This document shows positions 22,055 to 35,409 of a stretch of DNA of 64,000 bases, piece by piece. The stretch covers positions 124,001 to 188,000 of the forward strand of contig NIVC01001128.1 in the NCBI GenBank assembly GCA_002269645.1, written 5' to 3'. Numbering within the stretch: position 1 is the stretch's first letter; each line of letters starts with the position of its first letter. Both the position numbers and the translations under genes were made by a program. The notes beneath the pieces were generated by a model. That model saw only the letters and a program-made list of their open reading frames with translations, was not told the DNA's origin and did no database searches. Source of the stretch: Macrostomum lignano (taxonomy: Eukaryota).

Positions 22055-25000
22055 TCAGTGGCGCAGACTCTCGACAATTGGCGGGAATCGAACCTGGCGC
22101 TGCGTTTCCGTTCTGTCCGGCTCTTCATCGGTTGACTCGTCCGTTTCGCTGCCCGATTCAGCGTCGGCTGGCCGGTGGCGGCCCGGCTGCTTCTTCTGGC
22201 CGTCCGATCCGACCGCTGCCACCACCGTGTTTGATCTGTGCGCTCGCCACGACGGCTGGGGCAAGTTGTCGGACAGATTGAACGACTTGAACTCCTGTCA
22301 ATTTGGATTGGGGGGTAGGACAGCCTGATTAGCTCCTATCGTGTAAGCCAGTGAAGAGTAGTGGCTAGATTTAGATGGATGGCTAAATGGGGGGGGAGGT
22401 CCTTCCCTAGAAGCTGCAAGACTATAGGGGATTTTCGATGGTTAGTATCTGGGTTGCTGACAGATAAATCCCGGGCAGAAATCTGCAAAACTCTCCAGAA
22501 ATGTGTCCTATGAACCCCCTGCCCCATGGGAAAACCGACAAACCCTCGACTGTTGCCAAATCGGCTGTTTGTTTGCTTCAATTTTCCGACAAAACTTTGA
22601 TGATATAAAAATACAGATTGATTTTAAAAGTACAATTGATAATTATAGTTGGTCTATAAGAACTGAAAACTCTGGCCCCGAATGGTTACTCACGGTAGTT
22701 TTGAGCACAGTGTACGGAGTGCACACGGAGCCAGGTGCGACTGCTCGGTGCGTTGACGCTCCGCCGTATTCAACGCGACGATCAGTTCGAGTCAGGCGGA
22801 TTCGTTCGAAGTCTTTCTCGGCTTTAGCGCCAATTAGCGGCTGCGGAGGGGGCGAAGTTTAAGTATGTCGGAAGTTCTCTGTTTGATTCAGCCATAGTTA
22901 GTTAACTGCATTCAAAATATGAAAACATGCTTCGGAGCTACGAACATATAATACTGTTTATTGTTTACCTTGTAAACTCCCGTGTCTCCGATGGCTGGCA
23001 TAGTCTGCGAACGAATTTTCAGCGAACAATTCTCAGCATCCGTTGAGTTGTCCTGAAATCAGGATGATAAAAGTAGAAACCGATGACAGACCCAGATTTT
23101 TGCTCAAGCTGCCCATATTACATATTGTAAACACGCATGTTTAGTTTCAGGATAAGTCAAATAGTCAACTCGAGTTTAGGCTTCTAGCGCATCTTAGCAG
23201 CAAAATATCCTATTACCCCCCCCCCGGTAGTCAACATCAGACTAATCTCATTACCTGTTCGTCACCGCTCGCGCTGGCATCGACGCCTTCATTTTTTGAG
23301 TCCGCTAATGTCCGCTCGTCATCTTCCTCAGCTTCCTGCTCTCCGAGTGTGACGACTGGAATTAAATCCAGCAGCGATACTACACTGTTTAGTCCCTGAT
23401 CTGCAAAAATATTTATACGAGCTAGCTACTGTCACTAATTTGCTTACCGTCTTCAAAGAATTTTTGTCGATCAATCTGAGCCTGCATCCACGTTTTTCTG
23501 ACGCCGATGTCCCACGGTTTAGGCTGAAAGTAAAAACCAGTGAATATAGACAAAGGATGTGAACTTAAGAGACAAAATGGAGCCCGAAACACTGGGTCCT
23601 AATTTCTCTAGTCCAGTTCCTTCATTAGGAGCCAAATAGCTCCCGCTGTGCCTAAAACTTGACGTTACTTACATGAGAATGATTAGTAAACATAAACCTT
23701 ATTAAGAGATAACATAACGGAGGCATAACATAACATTACTATCGCTTTTATTCTTCATACAAACATATAAAACACAGCGTTTATCATGGTCATCTCGTCA
23801 TTTAAGCATTTGAAGCTCCAAATGAAGGAATTGGAACAGAGAAATCGGGACCTAACGTTTTGGGCTCCATTTTGACTCGTAAGCTCACATCCTCTTAGGA
23901 TTCTGCGTTAATTTTATATCCTACGTTTATATCTCCCGTGCCTAAAAATAGTAAAAAAATGGCACAGGATCGACTTATCGATTTTATGAATATTTTTTAT
24001 CATGCTTATCTTTTTGATTTTGTACCAAGATTGGCTTTTAGCTAAAATGATTCAAGCATTCAGACAAAAAAGTCAATATTGACTTAGGCTTTGCTCATAA
24101 ATATGCACTATATCGAGATCGTGAGCCGCATATAATTAAAACCTTTTATTCTACGCCAATGAAGACTCACTACTGAGTGTAAAAAGCATGGCAAAAAGAT
24201 TCATAAAACCAGTGAGCCGTGAGTTGAGCCATATTTGATTTTTAGACACTAATATCTAAATAGAATCCTAATTTTCTAACAAATGAATTACTCTAACTAT
24301 GAAACTAAGCAGGATGTAACAGACAGGCTCACCTGTCCGAATGTCCCCACCGCTTCGCCGCTGATGGTGAACAGCTTTGCTGTACAGTCAACACTGGCTG
24401 TCACGACAAACTCGCCAACCTCAATTTCGGCAAAGTCCACCGACACGATGGCGGCGTTGTGAGCTCGAAACTCTTGCAGACAGTGCGGCGAGTTGGTCTC
24501 TAGCTGCAGAAAAAATCGAGAGGATTAGAATTCAGCGTTATTCCTTTTGATAATCCGGATTCCTTAGGCCACAGATTCATTCGCTAATGCGTTTAGCGGC
24601 CGTCCCCGACGCCCCGAAAACCCATCAGGGGTTTTGGCCACAGACACCAGCTGCTGTTGCTAATGTCAATTGGGAGCAGCAGATGCTACTGTCTATGGTC
24701 CAAACTCCGGGGTTTTCGCACTGCCGCCATGCCGCTGCGGCCTAGTTGGAACTGCAAGCTTTCAATTTAATCATAGATACTGAAATCAGACTTGCGAGAC
24801 TGAACGTTTTCTGTCTATGGTCGACACGCGTTGGCATAGCGGAGTTCAATCTAATCCTGGGGAGCATCAATTTGATCATTCTATGTTTTCAATGCACATT
24901 TTCACTGTCATCGTAATTTTCACGACATCGACCAGCCAGCCCAAGTACACCGCAGGTCAGTACAACAAGATTAGCGATGAGAAGTAAGGTCTGATTGTCA

Positions 25001-28000
25001 CCGCTTTAGGGCGCGGCGATAGTCCGCTGAAGTTTATTCCAGGGAAGTTTATGCCGAGGTTTATTCCAGGGAAGTTTATGCTGAGGTTTATTCCAGGGAA
25101 GTTTATGCTGAGGTTTATTCCAGGGAAGTTTATTGCTGAGGTTTATTCCAGGGAAGTTTATGCTGAGGTTTATTCCAGGGAAGTTTATGCTGAGGTTTAT
25201 TCCAGGGAAGTTTATGCTGAGGTTTATTCCAGGGAAGTTTATTGCTGAGGTTTATTCCAGGGAAGTTTATCGCTGAGGTTTATTCCAGGGAAGTTTATGC
25301 TGAGGTTTATTCCAGGGAAGTTTATGCTGAGGTTTATTCCAGGGAAGTTTATGCTGAGGTTTATTCCAGGGAAGTTTATTGCTGAGGTTTATTCCAGGGA
25401 AGTTTATGCTGAGGTTTATTTCAAGGAAGTTTATGCTGAGGTTTATTCCAGGGAAGTTTATGCTGAGGTTTATTCCAGGGAAGTTTATGCTGAGGTTTAT
25501 TCCAGGAAAGTTTATTGCTGAGGTTTACTCCAGGGAAGTTTATTGCTGAGGTTTATTCCAGCCTGCAACGCCGGACAGCCAGTCAATCTAAACATTTTTT
25601 TGACTCGATGATATCCAGCGCTAAAGTGTTTATTTGTTTATTGTGTCGAATTCTGTTTTCAGTTTTTCTCAACGATAAGTAAACGACTTGTGTTATAGCA
25701 CTGGATATCTAACGTTATATGAGTAGAATGATCAAATTGATGCCCCCAGGATTAAATTGAACCCCGCTATGCCAGTGAGTGTCGACCATAGACAGAAAAT
25801 TCAGTCTCGCAAGTCTGATTTCAGTATCTCTGATTAAATTGAAAGCTTGCAGTTCCAACTAAGCCGCAAAACGGAATAATATAATCTGTGGCATAGGCTT
25901 ACAAAACGATTGCAAGATCAAAGAGGATTCTTTGCAACACTTTGTTCAGCAGAAATTTATAACTGTTTATGACCAAAAATTCATGAAAAAGCGTTCTTCA
26001 TCAAGCTAGTCTAATTTTAAGCACTTGCTAAAACTAGGGCAATCTAAGGATGTGCACTCTAAAGAGAGGCAGCAATCTTTACTTGGCAGAGCATCGGAGT
26101 AAATTTATTGATTTTTTGTTCATCAATAATATCAGCTTACATCCCTTGCCAATTTCATTTCAAGGTCATGCACAAAAGTGCTTCTATGGATCGTCTTTGA
26201 TACAGAATCGGTTTTGTAACTATATGGGCCGCCGTATGATGAATGAGTAAGCACCACTTCTTGCTAAATTAACAAATACACAGATTTAATTTAGCGGTAA
26301 CCACGCCTGACTTTCACGCCACGTGAAAATTGTTTTAATCAGACACAGACCTGCTCTCGCTGGAACAGTGCGTAGTTGGCTATGCTCCAGGTGCGCACGA
26401 AACCGGCCGTGTCTCCCGTGACCAGCGCGCTATCCCGCTTGTTGGACACCATCGCTAGAACGCACTCGCCAGCTTCTGGCCCGCCTTCCGCAGCGCAGAA
26501 CACCGCCATCTCGTGTCGGCGACCGTGCACGCTCCAGAACCGGATGTGCCCAGCCTCGCTGGTGAGCAGGAAGCCGCTCTCTCTGTAGCGTCGATCAGCC
26601 GCTCGCTTCTTTAGGAAGATCAGCTTGTCGACCGGAGCGGGCGTCCTGGCTGGAGGTTGGTAGGCTGATCGGTGGCGGGAGTTCGGGCGACTGCGGCTCC
26701 GGCTCCGGCTGCGACTGCGAAGGTCGCTGGCGCCCCGGGTTGAAGGCGGCGTCAGGCCCTGGGCACGGCACATCTTCTTCTCACTGCAGTGTGTTGGATA
26801 ACGATGATCGACTAAGTTTTTTGACGAAATATAGAACATGGCTAATGGTGGTGATATGCCGTAATTATTTGACGCAAGACGCAAGACGCTGGTCGAAAGA
26901 CACTGCTCACCGGGGCAAAGGGTTTCTGAGTATATGTCCAGGTTTCGCCACTTATAACAACCAGAACGAACAATAAACACAGTAAATCACGCTGTATAGC
27001 AAAGATCCTAAAGTATATCAACATCAGTACCGCTCCTACTTACATCGTTTCATGATAGCCTTCACGCAGTTTCAACAGCAACTTCTCGTGATCGGCGTTC
27101 CAAACAAGGACGGCGCCGTCGTAACTCGCCGTGGCTAGGAGATCCGGCGGGCAGAAGTCGCAGCTCAGAATGTCGTCCTCGTGCCAGACGCCGCCTTTCC
27201 ATTCTAGAGGGACTCGCTTTGTGTCCTGAGCGCGAGGTTTTTAGGTTTTGGAGATGCAACCTTAGGGCCTGGCTTCTTTTACAAGAAACAGGATAGCTAT
27301 CGCTTCTGTCTGTGACTTCTACAGCAATTATTAACCAACATCTGCAAACTGATTCCGTCAGACTATGCACTTCAAGACGGCACCTTTACAAGCTAATCTT
27401 GTCCCCTAAGAATACGTAGATATGCTAGGCAGAACCACAGAACTTACCCAGAATGCTCAATCGGCGATTTTGTGAAATTAAACTGCGTAGAAATAGATAT
27501 GCGGACAAACTACTAATCCGTGAAGAAACATAAGTAGCCGTAGACTGTTACTCAAATGTATAGCACAAGACCGCCTGACTTATTAAGTCAAAAACCGGAA
27601 ACCAGCAATCGAAACGTAAAGCATGAAACGTAGAAACCAGTTAAACTGGAGCATAAAAAGTTTCGAAGTGATGCAACTCAAAAAGTTGGATGAGCTGATT
27701 GCACAAGTCATTCTATTAAATGAATATATCTTGTGCTACACATTTGAGTACTAGTATATGGCTACTTATGTTTCTTCACTGGATTAGTAGTTTGTACGCA
27801 ATCTATTTCTACGCAGTTTAATTTCATAAAATCGCTGATTGAGCATTCTGGGTAAGTTCTGTAGTCTTGCCCGCAAAATCAAGCAGGAATACCCATGCTT
27901 TAAAGGCATAAATGAGAAATCAGAGGACAGAGAAACATTAAGTAGATATGAAATCTTTAGCAACGGCTAAGTTAAGAAGATAATTTTTCACGAATAATGG

Positions 28001-31000
28001 AGAGATTTTTCAGCTTCAAGTCAAGAAACGTTTACCATAGACTATAGAGTTTAAAGCATTGGTGAAGTAGGGAAGAAGTGGGGTGTTGGGGCGCAACCAC
28101 ACTTTGAGCCATATACCTATTCTGTAACAAACGACGCTACGAAGTTATTTTGTCTATGGTAAAAATTCGACCCGGAAAAGACAATTGAGAGCAGATTAAC
28201 ACTCACATCCGGGTTAGAATCGCGATAGCAGACAACCTCTCGACTCCAGCCGACAGTTAGAATTCTCTGCTGCATTGGCGCAGCCACCATCCCGGTGATC
28301 TCGGCGTCCGCAGTTTTCTCCAGTTCGTGCAGCACCTGACCAGTTTGAAAGTTCCACACCTTCATGCTGCCGTGACGACTGCCGGTGAACAGACGGCGGT
28401 AGGTGGCATCGTAGGCCAGACACGTGACTTCTTCTTTGTTATGCGCGTCGGCAAATGCCAGGCATTTATTGCCGGTGTCCAATTCCCACGTGGTCATGCT
28501 GGAGTCGTCCGAAGCGGTGGTGACCTGCTTGAATGTCGGGTTGTAAAGCGCCGCACACAGTTGCGCCTTGTGCGTCAGGATCAGTCCTGGCACCGGGTCA
28601 GCGGCTTTGCCTGAAGTTTTAGTTCAAAAGCTTGGGCTTCGAAAACTTGCAAAATGTGTCAAGATATCGCTGAGCCATGTTGTCAGCATCTCTGAGTCAT
28701 GCTGTCAGCATCGCTGAGTCATGTTGTCAGCATCGCTGAGTCATGTTGTCAGCATCGCTGAGTCATGTTGTCAGCATCGCTGAGTCATGTTGTCAGCATC
28801 TCTGAGTCATGTTGTCAGCATCTCTGAGTCATGTTGTCAGCATCTCTGAGTCATGTTGTCAGCATCTCTGAGTCATGTTGTCAGCATCTCTGAGTCATGT
28901 TGTCAGCATCACTGAGTCATGTTGTCAGCATCTCTGAGTAATGTTGTCAGCATCTCTGAGTCACGCTGTCAGCATCTCTGAGTCATGTTGTCAGCATCAC
29001 TGAGTCATGTTGTCAGCATCTCTGAGTCACGCTGTCAGCATCTCTGAGTCATGCCATTTTCGCTTGTACTTCAGTATGCACTGCTGAGATGTAGAATTTC
29101 TGTATTTAGCGCTAAGAAAACAAGTTAAAATTCACAGTTTGTGGTGTAGCAAAAAAGTTCACTACTTATATTTAGACGGAATAAAATAATTTTGCTTTGA
29201 TTAACAGAAAATTCTTCTATTTACAATGACATTACTTACTGGTAAAAGCAAACAGATTTACTAAGTAACCTCAAGTCTAAATCCTGGAGTTTATTTTGAG
29301 CAGTGCAGAACCTATTTGGCTCCGTTAATCACATGACATAAAAACGTAAAGCTAAAATCAAAAGCTACTGAGCAGACGGATGGTTAATAACTAAGAAACA
29401 AGGCTATTCGGCTGATAAGCAAGATAAGCACATAAATTATGTATGTAAAAGTATGTAAGAGTCAGACATAAACATTCTCGCTACGTAAGATCTTACCGTC
29501 TTCATCGTCGCCTGAAAATTGATTTTTTGAATGATAATTCATTTGAATTTTGGTATTCGATAGCGTCTAGCCTGGCTGATCGGGGTGACTACTCGTAAAG
29601 TTGTTGCTTGCGCATGTGCGCATTATGCATGACTGTTAGTAGTAAAAATTAACGAAAAAGTTCATCTTTTGGACTTCCGGTATTATTCAACTACAAAAGG
29701 TTAGAGTGGAAAGGCGAGAGATGGGATGAGAGAAAAGATAAAAGAGGAGAGAAGAGGGGAGAGAAGGCAGAGGGGAGAGTGAGAGAAGAAGAGAAGGGAG
29801 AGGGGAGAGAGGGGAGAGAAGTAGAGAGGGGAGAGGGGATAGAAGAGAGAGAAGAGAAAGAGCTGAGCAGAGGTACAAACTTTGAGCGGGCCGGATTGCT
29901 ATTGTGAAGTTTCAAAGGACCCGATCGTGCCGGATATAAGACGCTTCGAGGGCCGCATATGGCCGCGCCCTGACCTACCTAATCTGCAACTTAGTGCTGA
30001 GCACCCACATGCACAGGCAACACACCAACAGCTTGAACACAGGGGTTTATATCTCTGTTCTGATTCTGTCATCTCAGGCCGTATCTTACATACGGCCCCC
30101 TAAAAATCAACTTGACATCTGTTAAGAATCGCACTCGCAGGCATTAGGAACTACATTGCTCACCTAGTCGGTATTGCAGAATATTGTCCGAGCTGCACAG
30201 GTAGACAGTGTTAGATCCCAGGTGCAGGGTCAGCGGACTGCCCATGTGGTCAGGCAGTTTGTCAGTGACAGAGTAGGGTATTCGGACAGTCACAGTCTGA
30301 ACGCAGACGTGCGCCTTCAAGTCCCAGGCTTTGATAATGCCGTCACGGGCGTAGCTCAGTACGCAGCCCTGTTTCTCGTGAATTTTCACGGACAGCACTG
30401 CATTGTTGTGGCCCTCGAGCAGGGCCGTGTGCTTGGCCGTCACGTAGGGGTTCCAGAACCGGACTAGATGATCGTGCGACCCGGTGACGAGTAAGTTGAG
30501 AGTCCAGTTGATGTCGAAGCACTCGGCCCCGCGACGCAGCTTGAAGGTGTACAGAGTTCGACGATGTTTCAATTCGTAGATGACAACGGAGTTGTTGGGC
30601 GCCGCGCTGCAGGTCACGGTGCAGTTGTTGTCCGGCAGGTAGGCCAGTTCATTGATAGGCTCGGTGTGCAAGCCCTCGTGGTGGAAGGCGTCCACGCATT
30701 TGGTGTGGCTAGCCAGCTCGTAGTACCAGATCCTCTGGCTGCGATGGTTCGGATCTGGCGGGATGTCGAAAAGCTGCTGCATGGGCTTCTTGAACACGAA
30801 TTCGGTCAGGTTACCACCGTCGTCGCCAGCAAACAGATGGCTGTCCGTGTTGGCAGCCTAGACGGATTTGGTTGACGCGTGGTTTGTCACTTATAGTAGA
30901 GCCAAAATGGCATTTCTTTAAATCGATTTATTCCTCTAATACTACAACTACTCCCCCTACCAGTCAGTCTGCAACCCCGGGGTGGCAGAGGGCCCTCCCC

Positions 31001-34000
31001 TGCACACAGAGTCAGTCTGCAACCCCTCCCCCCCCACAGAGTCAGCCTGCAACCCCTCCTCCCACAGAGTCAATCTGCAACCCCTCCCCCCCCACAGAGT
31101 CAGTCTGCAACCCCTCCCCCCCCACAGAGTCAGTCTGCAACCCCTCCTCCCACAGGGTCAGTCTGCAACCCCTCCCCCCACAGAGTCAGTCTTCAACCCC
31201 TCCCCCTACAGAGTCAGCCTGCAACCCCTCCCCCCACAGAGTCAGTCTGCAACCCTCCCCCACAGAGTCAGTCTGCAACCCCCCCCCCACAGAGTCAGTC
31301 TGCAACCCCCTCCCACAGAGTCAGCCTGCAACCCCCCCCCCACAGAGTCAGTCTGCAACCCCCCTCCCACAGAGTCAGCCTGCAACCCCTTCCCCCCCCC
31401 ACAGAGTCAGTCTGCAACCCCTCCCCCACATAGTCAGTCTTCAACCCCTTCTCAGTGCTCATTTGTAACAATTGAGCAAATCAAAATGTACCAATAGTTA
31501 CGAGTACAACAACAGGAAAAAAGTGAGTGCATCGATAGTCTAAACGCTTGACAATCAAGTTTACAAGCATATATATCGAGTACGAAGTTTTCGATTATGA
31601 TTTTTGTAATATCGTGAAACAAATAGAAAAATTCCGTTTAATTCTCTGGGTTTTATCTCAACAGATCAATGTATTATTGTTAGTTGGTTAGCTCCATACT
31701 GTAGCGAATATCAATACTGACATCCGGCAATTGAACTCATACGATGTACAATCCAGGTGACTGACAAACCAGCACGAGTTTAGTAGTCACCTCCCGACAC
31801 CAGAGAAAACAGACTATTAAAATTTCTAGTTGAATCTCACCATAAACAAAGCTTCAGAAGCCTGAAAAGAGGAAGTTAGCTTTTGATGAAGATAGCTTTT
31901 CTTTCATTAATTAATAAAACTGTTCCCTAACAATATCGCGAGGGAGTGCTCAAAGCGCAATGTGCCGTTAAATTATCAATTAAGCAATTAAGCAACTCTA
32001 CAACTGGGTTAAGTGGCACTCAGCTAACTCAAGCTCTTTTCACTTCTACTAACCCTCTCTCATCCCCTCTATCGCTCTCTTTCCCCTCTATCCCTCTCCT
32101 TCCCCTCTATCCCTCTCTCCCCCTCTAACCCTCTCCTTCCCCTCTATCCCCCTCTTTCCCCTCAATCTCTCTCTCTTTCCTCTCTATCCCTCTCTTTCCC
32201 CTCTATCCCTCTCTCCTCCCCTCTACCCCTCTCTTTCCCCTCTATCCCTCTCTTTCCACTCTATCCCTCTCTTTCCCCTCTATCCCTCTCTCTTTCCTCT
32301 CTATCCCTCTCTTTCCCCTCTATCCCTCTCTCTTTCCTCTCTATCCCTTTCTCCTCCCCTCTACCCCTCTCTTTCCACTCTATCCCTCTCTTTCCACTCT
32401 ATCCCTCTCTTTCCCCTCTATCCCTCTCTCCTCCCCTCTATCCTTCTCTCTTTCCCCTCTATCCCTCTCTCTTTCCTCTCTATCCCTCTCTCTTTCCTCT
32501 CTATCCCTCTCTTTCCCCTCTATCCCTCTCTATTTCCCCTCTATCCCTCTCTCTTTCCTCTCTATCCCTCTCTTTCCCCTCTATCCCTCTCTCCTCCCCT
32601 CTATCCCTCTCTTCCCCTCTATCCCTCTCTCCTCCCCTCTATCCCTCTCTTCCCCTCTATCACTCTCTTTCCCCTCTATCACTCTCTTCCCCTCTATCAC
32701 TCTCTTCCCCTCTATCACTCTCTCCCCTCTATCACTCTCTTTCCCCTCCATCCCTCTCTCCTTCCCATCTATCTTCAATATCATCCAGCGTATATAAAAC
32801 CATATTTTTGCAGCAAAAAGACATACAAAATACAAAAATACAAAAATCAGTGCAAAAATCTACCGACAAAGTCAGGGCAATCATGATTACCTCCTTCCTG
32901 AAGAAGAACTTCAGCACAGTCGGCACGGATTTCATTCCGTACAGGATGTACTCCTCTTTGATCACGTTCGACGCAATGTCGTAAAATTTCAGTTCCCGTC
33001 CAGTTGTTGACAGCACAAGCTTGTGGCAGTTGTCCATGAACACGGCGTCGATGACCCACTCGCTGAATAGCCGCTTGCCGGCAGAGCTGCCCGCCGTTGC
33101 CAGGTCAACTGGTGGATTCTGCGTCTCAAGATGGGATTCGAGTTTGAGCAGGCAGTCCCACAGCATGATGCAGCCGGTCTTGCTGACTGAGATCGGCCGA
33201 GTTGGACTGCCGGTCAGCAGCAGGCGGGCTGTTGGTTCTTGCTGTTGGTTTCGGGTGAATCGGTTTATACTACTTGTACAGACGAGTTAGTGAGTAGTAT
33301 GTTACGCTATTTGAATCTGATCTTTTGTTCATTTGTCGATTGAAGCAAGGAATTATGCTATCTGGACGGGATTTCTGATCCGCAAGGAAAGCCCCTGATT
33401 CATTAGTCAATGTCCTTGCTTCATAAGATTACCTCATTGACGAAAGGATTCACTTTGCTCTATTTCAATATTTTTTTATTAGAGGCAGGGGGCAGGGGGG
33501 CTGTGTGCACCCTGCCGCACTTTAAGCGACATTGGCACACAACCGGCAAGAGGCATTACTGCCCATTCCGCCGACTCCCCTGAGCAGGCATACAAGCGCG
33601 CGGATACATACGCAGGCACACACTCACACAGGAGTGTACAGCGGCCCTAACTTTATATTATCGTTAGGCATGTACACTTCACTGCGGCTTTGGGGGTTGG
33701 CTCTCAAGGCCGTTAATTGCACGAGCAGAGCCAAGCCGAGATTCCAATTCAGCCCCAAATTAATGTGACTGCACTTGGAATCGAGCCTGGGTCGCTGGCA
33801 CACCAGAGCAGCTGCGCTACCGCTGGGCTACGGCCCCCCTCAATATTATTTCCCTTCTCCATAATTGGGATTCCCCTTGCTCCATTAGGGGGCTTTCCCA
33901 ATCATAGGGATTCCCTTGTTCAATGTTTGGATTCCCCTGTTCCATTATGGGATTCCCTTGTTCTATTTTGGGATTCCTCTGCTCAATAAGGAGATTCTCC

Positions 34001-34497
34001 TGCTACAAGTATGAATACTTCTGTCAAAAACAGACAAGGATTCCCCGACGTACAGAACAAAAATCTTCAGCTCAATGTCCAAAAAATTCCCCTGGCAACT
34101 GACCTTGTTATGCAGCACGTGCCGCAGCCTGGGCTCCGCTTTGAATGGCGGATCAACGCGATTAGTGAGACGGTCCCTCTCGTGCAGGTAAAGCATCATG
34201 TAGTTGCAGAACTCGGTCCAAGTGACGCTGCCGCTGTTGTCGGTGTCCAACTTGTAGTACAGGCGCTCCAGCTGGCCCGAAAACCTGTCGTGCCCGATCA
34301 CCCGGTTCAGGGTGGCCGTGAACTCGCCCAGGTTGAGGTAGCCCTGTCGCCGCTTTGTCTTCTTCGACTTTTTGCCTCCTCGGGCCTTTGAATCCGCTTC
34401 GCTGGGTGGCCGATAGTTTTCGAACAGGGCCTTCACGCGCTGCAGGTGCGGCAGCTGCAGGAAGTCCTCTACACGGAGACTGCCGCCCTGCTCGGAC
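22055..34497 (-). CDS. WDR49-like: EF-hand + WD40 repeat protein, WDR49 (CFAP337)/EFCAB8/WDY family; first exon(s) unresolved
   Basis: Phase-consistent exons: 34497-34104, 33241-32891, 30857-30164, (29511-29497 microexon), 28610-28207, 27225-27044, 26783-26351, 24503-24333, 23523-23448, 23400-23255, 23052-22969, 22840-22694, 22294-22055(TGA). EF-hand LDTDNSGSVTWTEF; WD repeats; family-like strings VRFWNPYVTAK..LLEGH, EWKGGVWHEDDIL...ATASYDG.VLVWN. Confidence 0.88.
23554..23893. mobile_element. MITE-like element with ~80-bp imperfect TIRs (intronic)
   Basis: AGGATGTGAACTTAAGAGACAAAATGGAGCCC... vs ...GGGCTCCATTTTGACTCGTAAGCTCACATCCT. Confidence 0.75.
24595..24730. mobile_element. Short palindromic MITE, copy 2
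   Basis: TTAGCGGCCGTC..CCCCGAAAACCC..GGGGTTTTGGCCACAGACACCAGCTGCTG..GTCTATGGTCCAAACTCCGGGGTTTTC, similar to 18208-18325. Confidence 0.65.
24736..25868. mobile_element. Non-autonomous DNA element with ~145-bp TIRs carrying an internal minisatellite
   Basis: 24736-24883 is the reverse complement of 25724-25868 with few mismatches (TGCGGC.TAGTTGGAACTGCAAGCTTTCAATTTAATCA.AGATACTGAAATCAGACTTGCGAGACTGAA...). Confidence 0.85.
25028..25560. repeat. 27/28-bp minisatellite inside the TIR element
   Basis: Unit TGCTGAGGTTTATTCCAGGGAAGTTTA(T). Confidence 0.95.
27423..27874. mobile_element. MITE with ~145-bp imperfect TIRs (intronic)
   Basis: 27423-27571 is inverted at 27729-27874 (CAGAACTTACCCAGAATGCTCAATC.GCGATTTT.TGAAATTAAACTGCGTAGAAATAGAT...). 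Confidence 0.85.
28035..28159. mobile_element. 125-bp element bounded by CCATAGAC ... GTCTATGG
   Basis: 8-bp inverted termini at 28035-28042 and 28152-28159; the same motif recurs across the window. Confidence 0.4.
28665..29055. repeat. 22-bp minisatellite
   Basis: Unit TGTTGTCAGCATC(T/G)CTGAGTCA. Confidence 0.95.
29700..29870. repeat. GA-rich low-complexity tract
   Basis: Direct reading. Confidence 0.85.
30960..31450. repeat. Degenerate ~30-bp C-rich minisatellite
   Basis: Unit CACAGAGTCAG(T/C)CTGCAACCCCTCCCCCC with variable C-run length. Confidence 0.9.
32050..32765. repeat. Polypyrimidine (CT-rich) degenerate ~20-bp repeat
   Basis: CTCTATCCCTCTCT(C/T)TCCC variants. Confidence 0.9.
33470..33838 (-). 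mobile_element. tRNA-derived SINE family A, near full length
   Basis: Minus strand: GGGGGCCGTAGCCCAGCGGTAG (A box) ... GGCTCGATTCC (B box) ... body shared with 1-250 ... A-rich tail. Confidence 0.8.
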
Positions 34498-34514
34498 CTT
34501 TGAGCAAGGGTAGA

Positions 34515-34756
<242 letters not shown>

Positions 34757-35409
34757 GTGACAGAGTCTACGTAAAGTTACAGTCAACTATTCGTCTAACA
34801 CACATTACTGACATACAGAAAGGTGTTCAACAAAATTAGTAATGAATAATTAATGAGTTTTCCGACAGAGCTGAGAATCTTAATTAACGACTGAGTCAAG
34901 AGACCCCAGCTGCTAGAAAGCCCTACTTAAGCTTATATGAATACTAGTAAAAAACTGATCGATGCAGCTTGGGTCTGTTTGCAAGAAGGCAAGAATTTGA
35001 GTGCACACAGCAAAGCGTATTGCAGTCCTTTTGGCCTTAGGTGTGCTCAGGCTTACTGTAATAGAAACTGCTGTTTGCAGTCCACTGAGGCTGGTGCGCC
35101 ATTGACTGTTAGACACGTGATAAGGACATGGGTTTCGTTTTACATTACACCAGTACACATACACAGTAATGCACACTCGTAGCTCCAAACTGCCTAAGGG
35201 TGTCGAATTGCCTACACACACACACCTGGAATTCCGGACCAAACAGGCGATTTGTACTTTTACTGGCTTGGTAGTTTCGCATGTCTGACAGAGCAAACAA
35301 TTGTTATAGAACTGCAGATAATGGAAAGTTGGAAAATTTCCGGACAAATTTCTGCTTTCATCTATTTATTCTATCCTCTAGTTACATGAATTCGTTTGTA
35401 TCTATTCCT

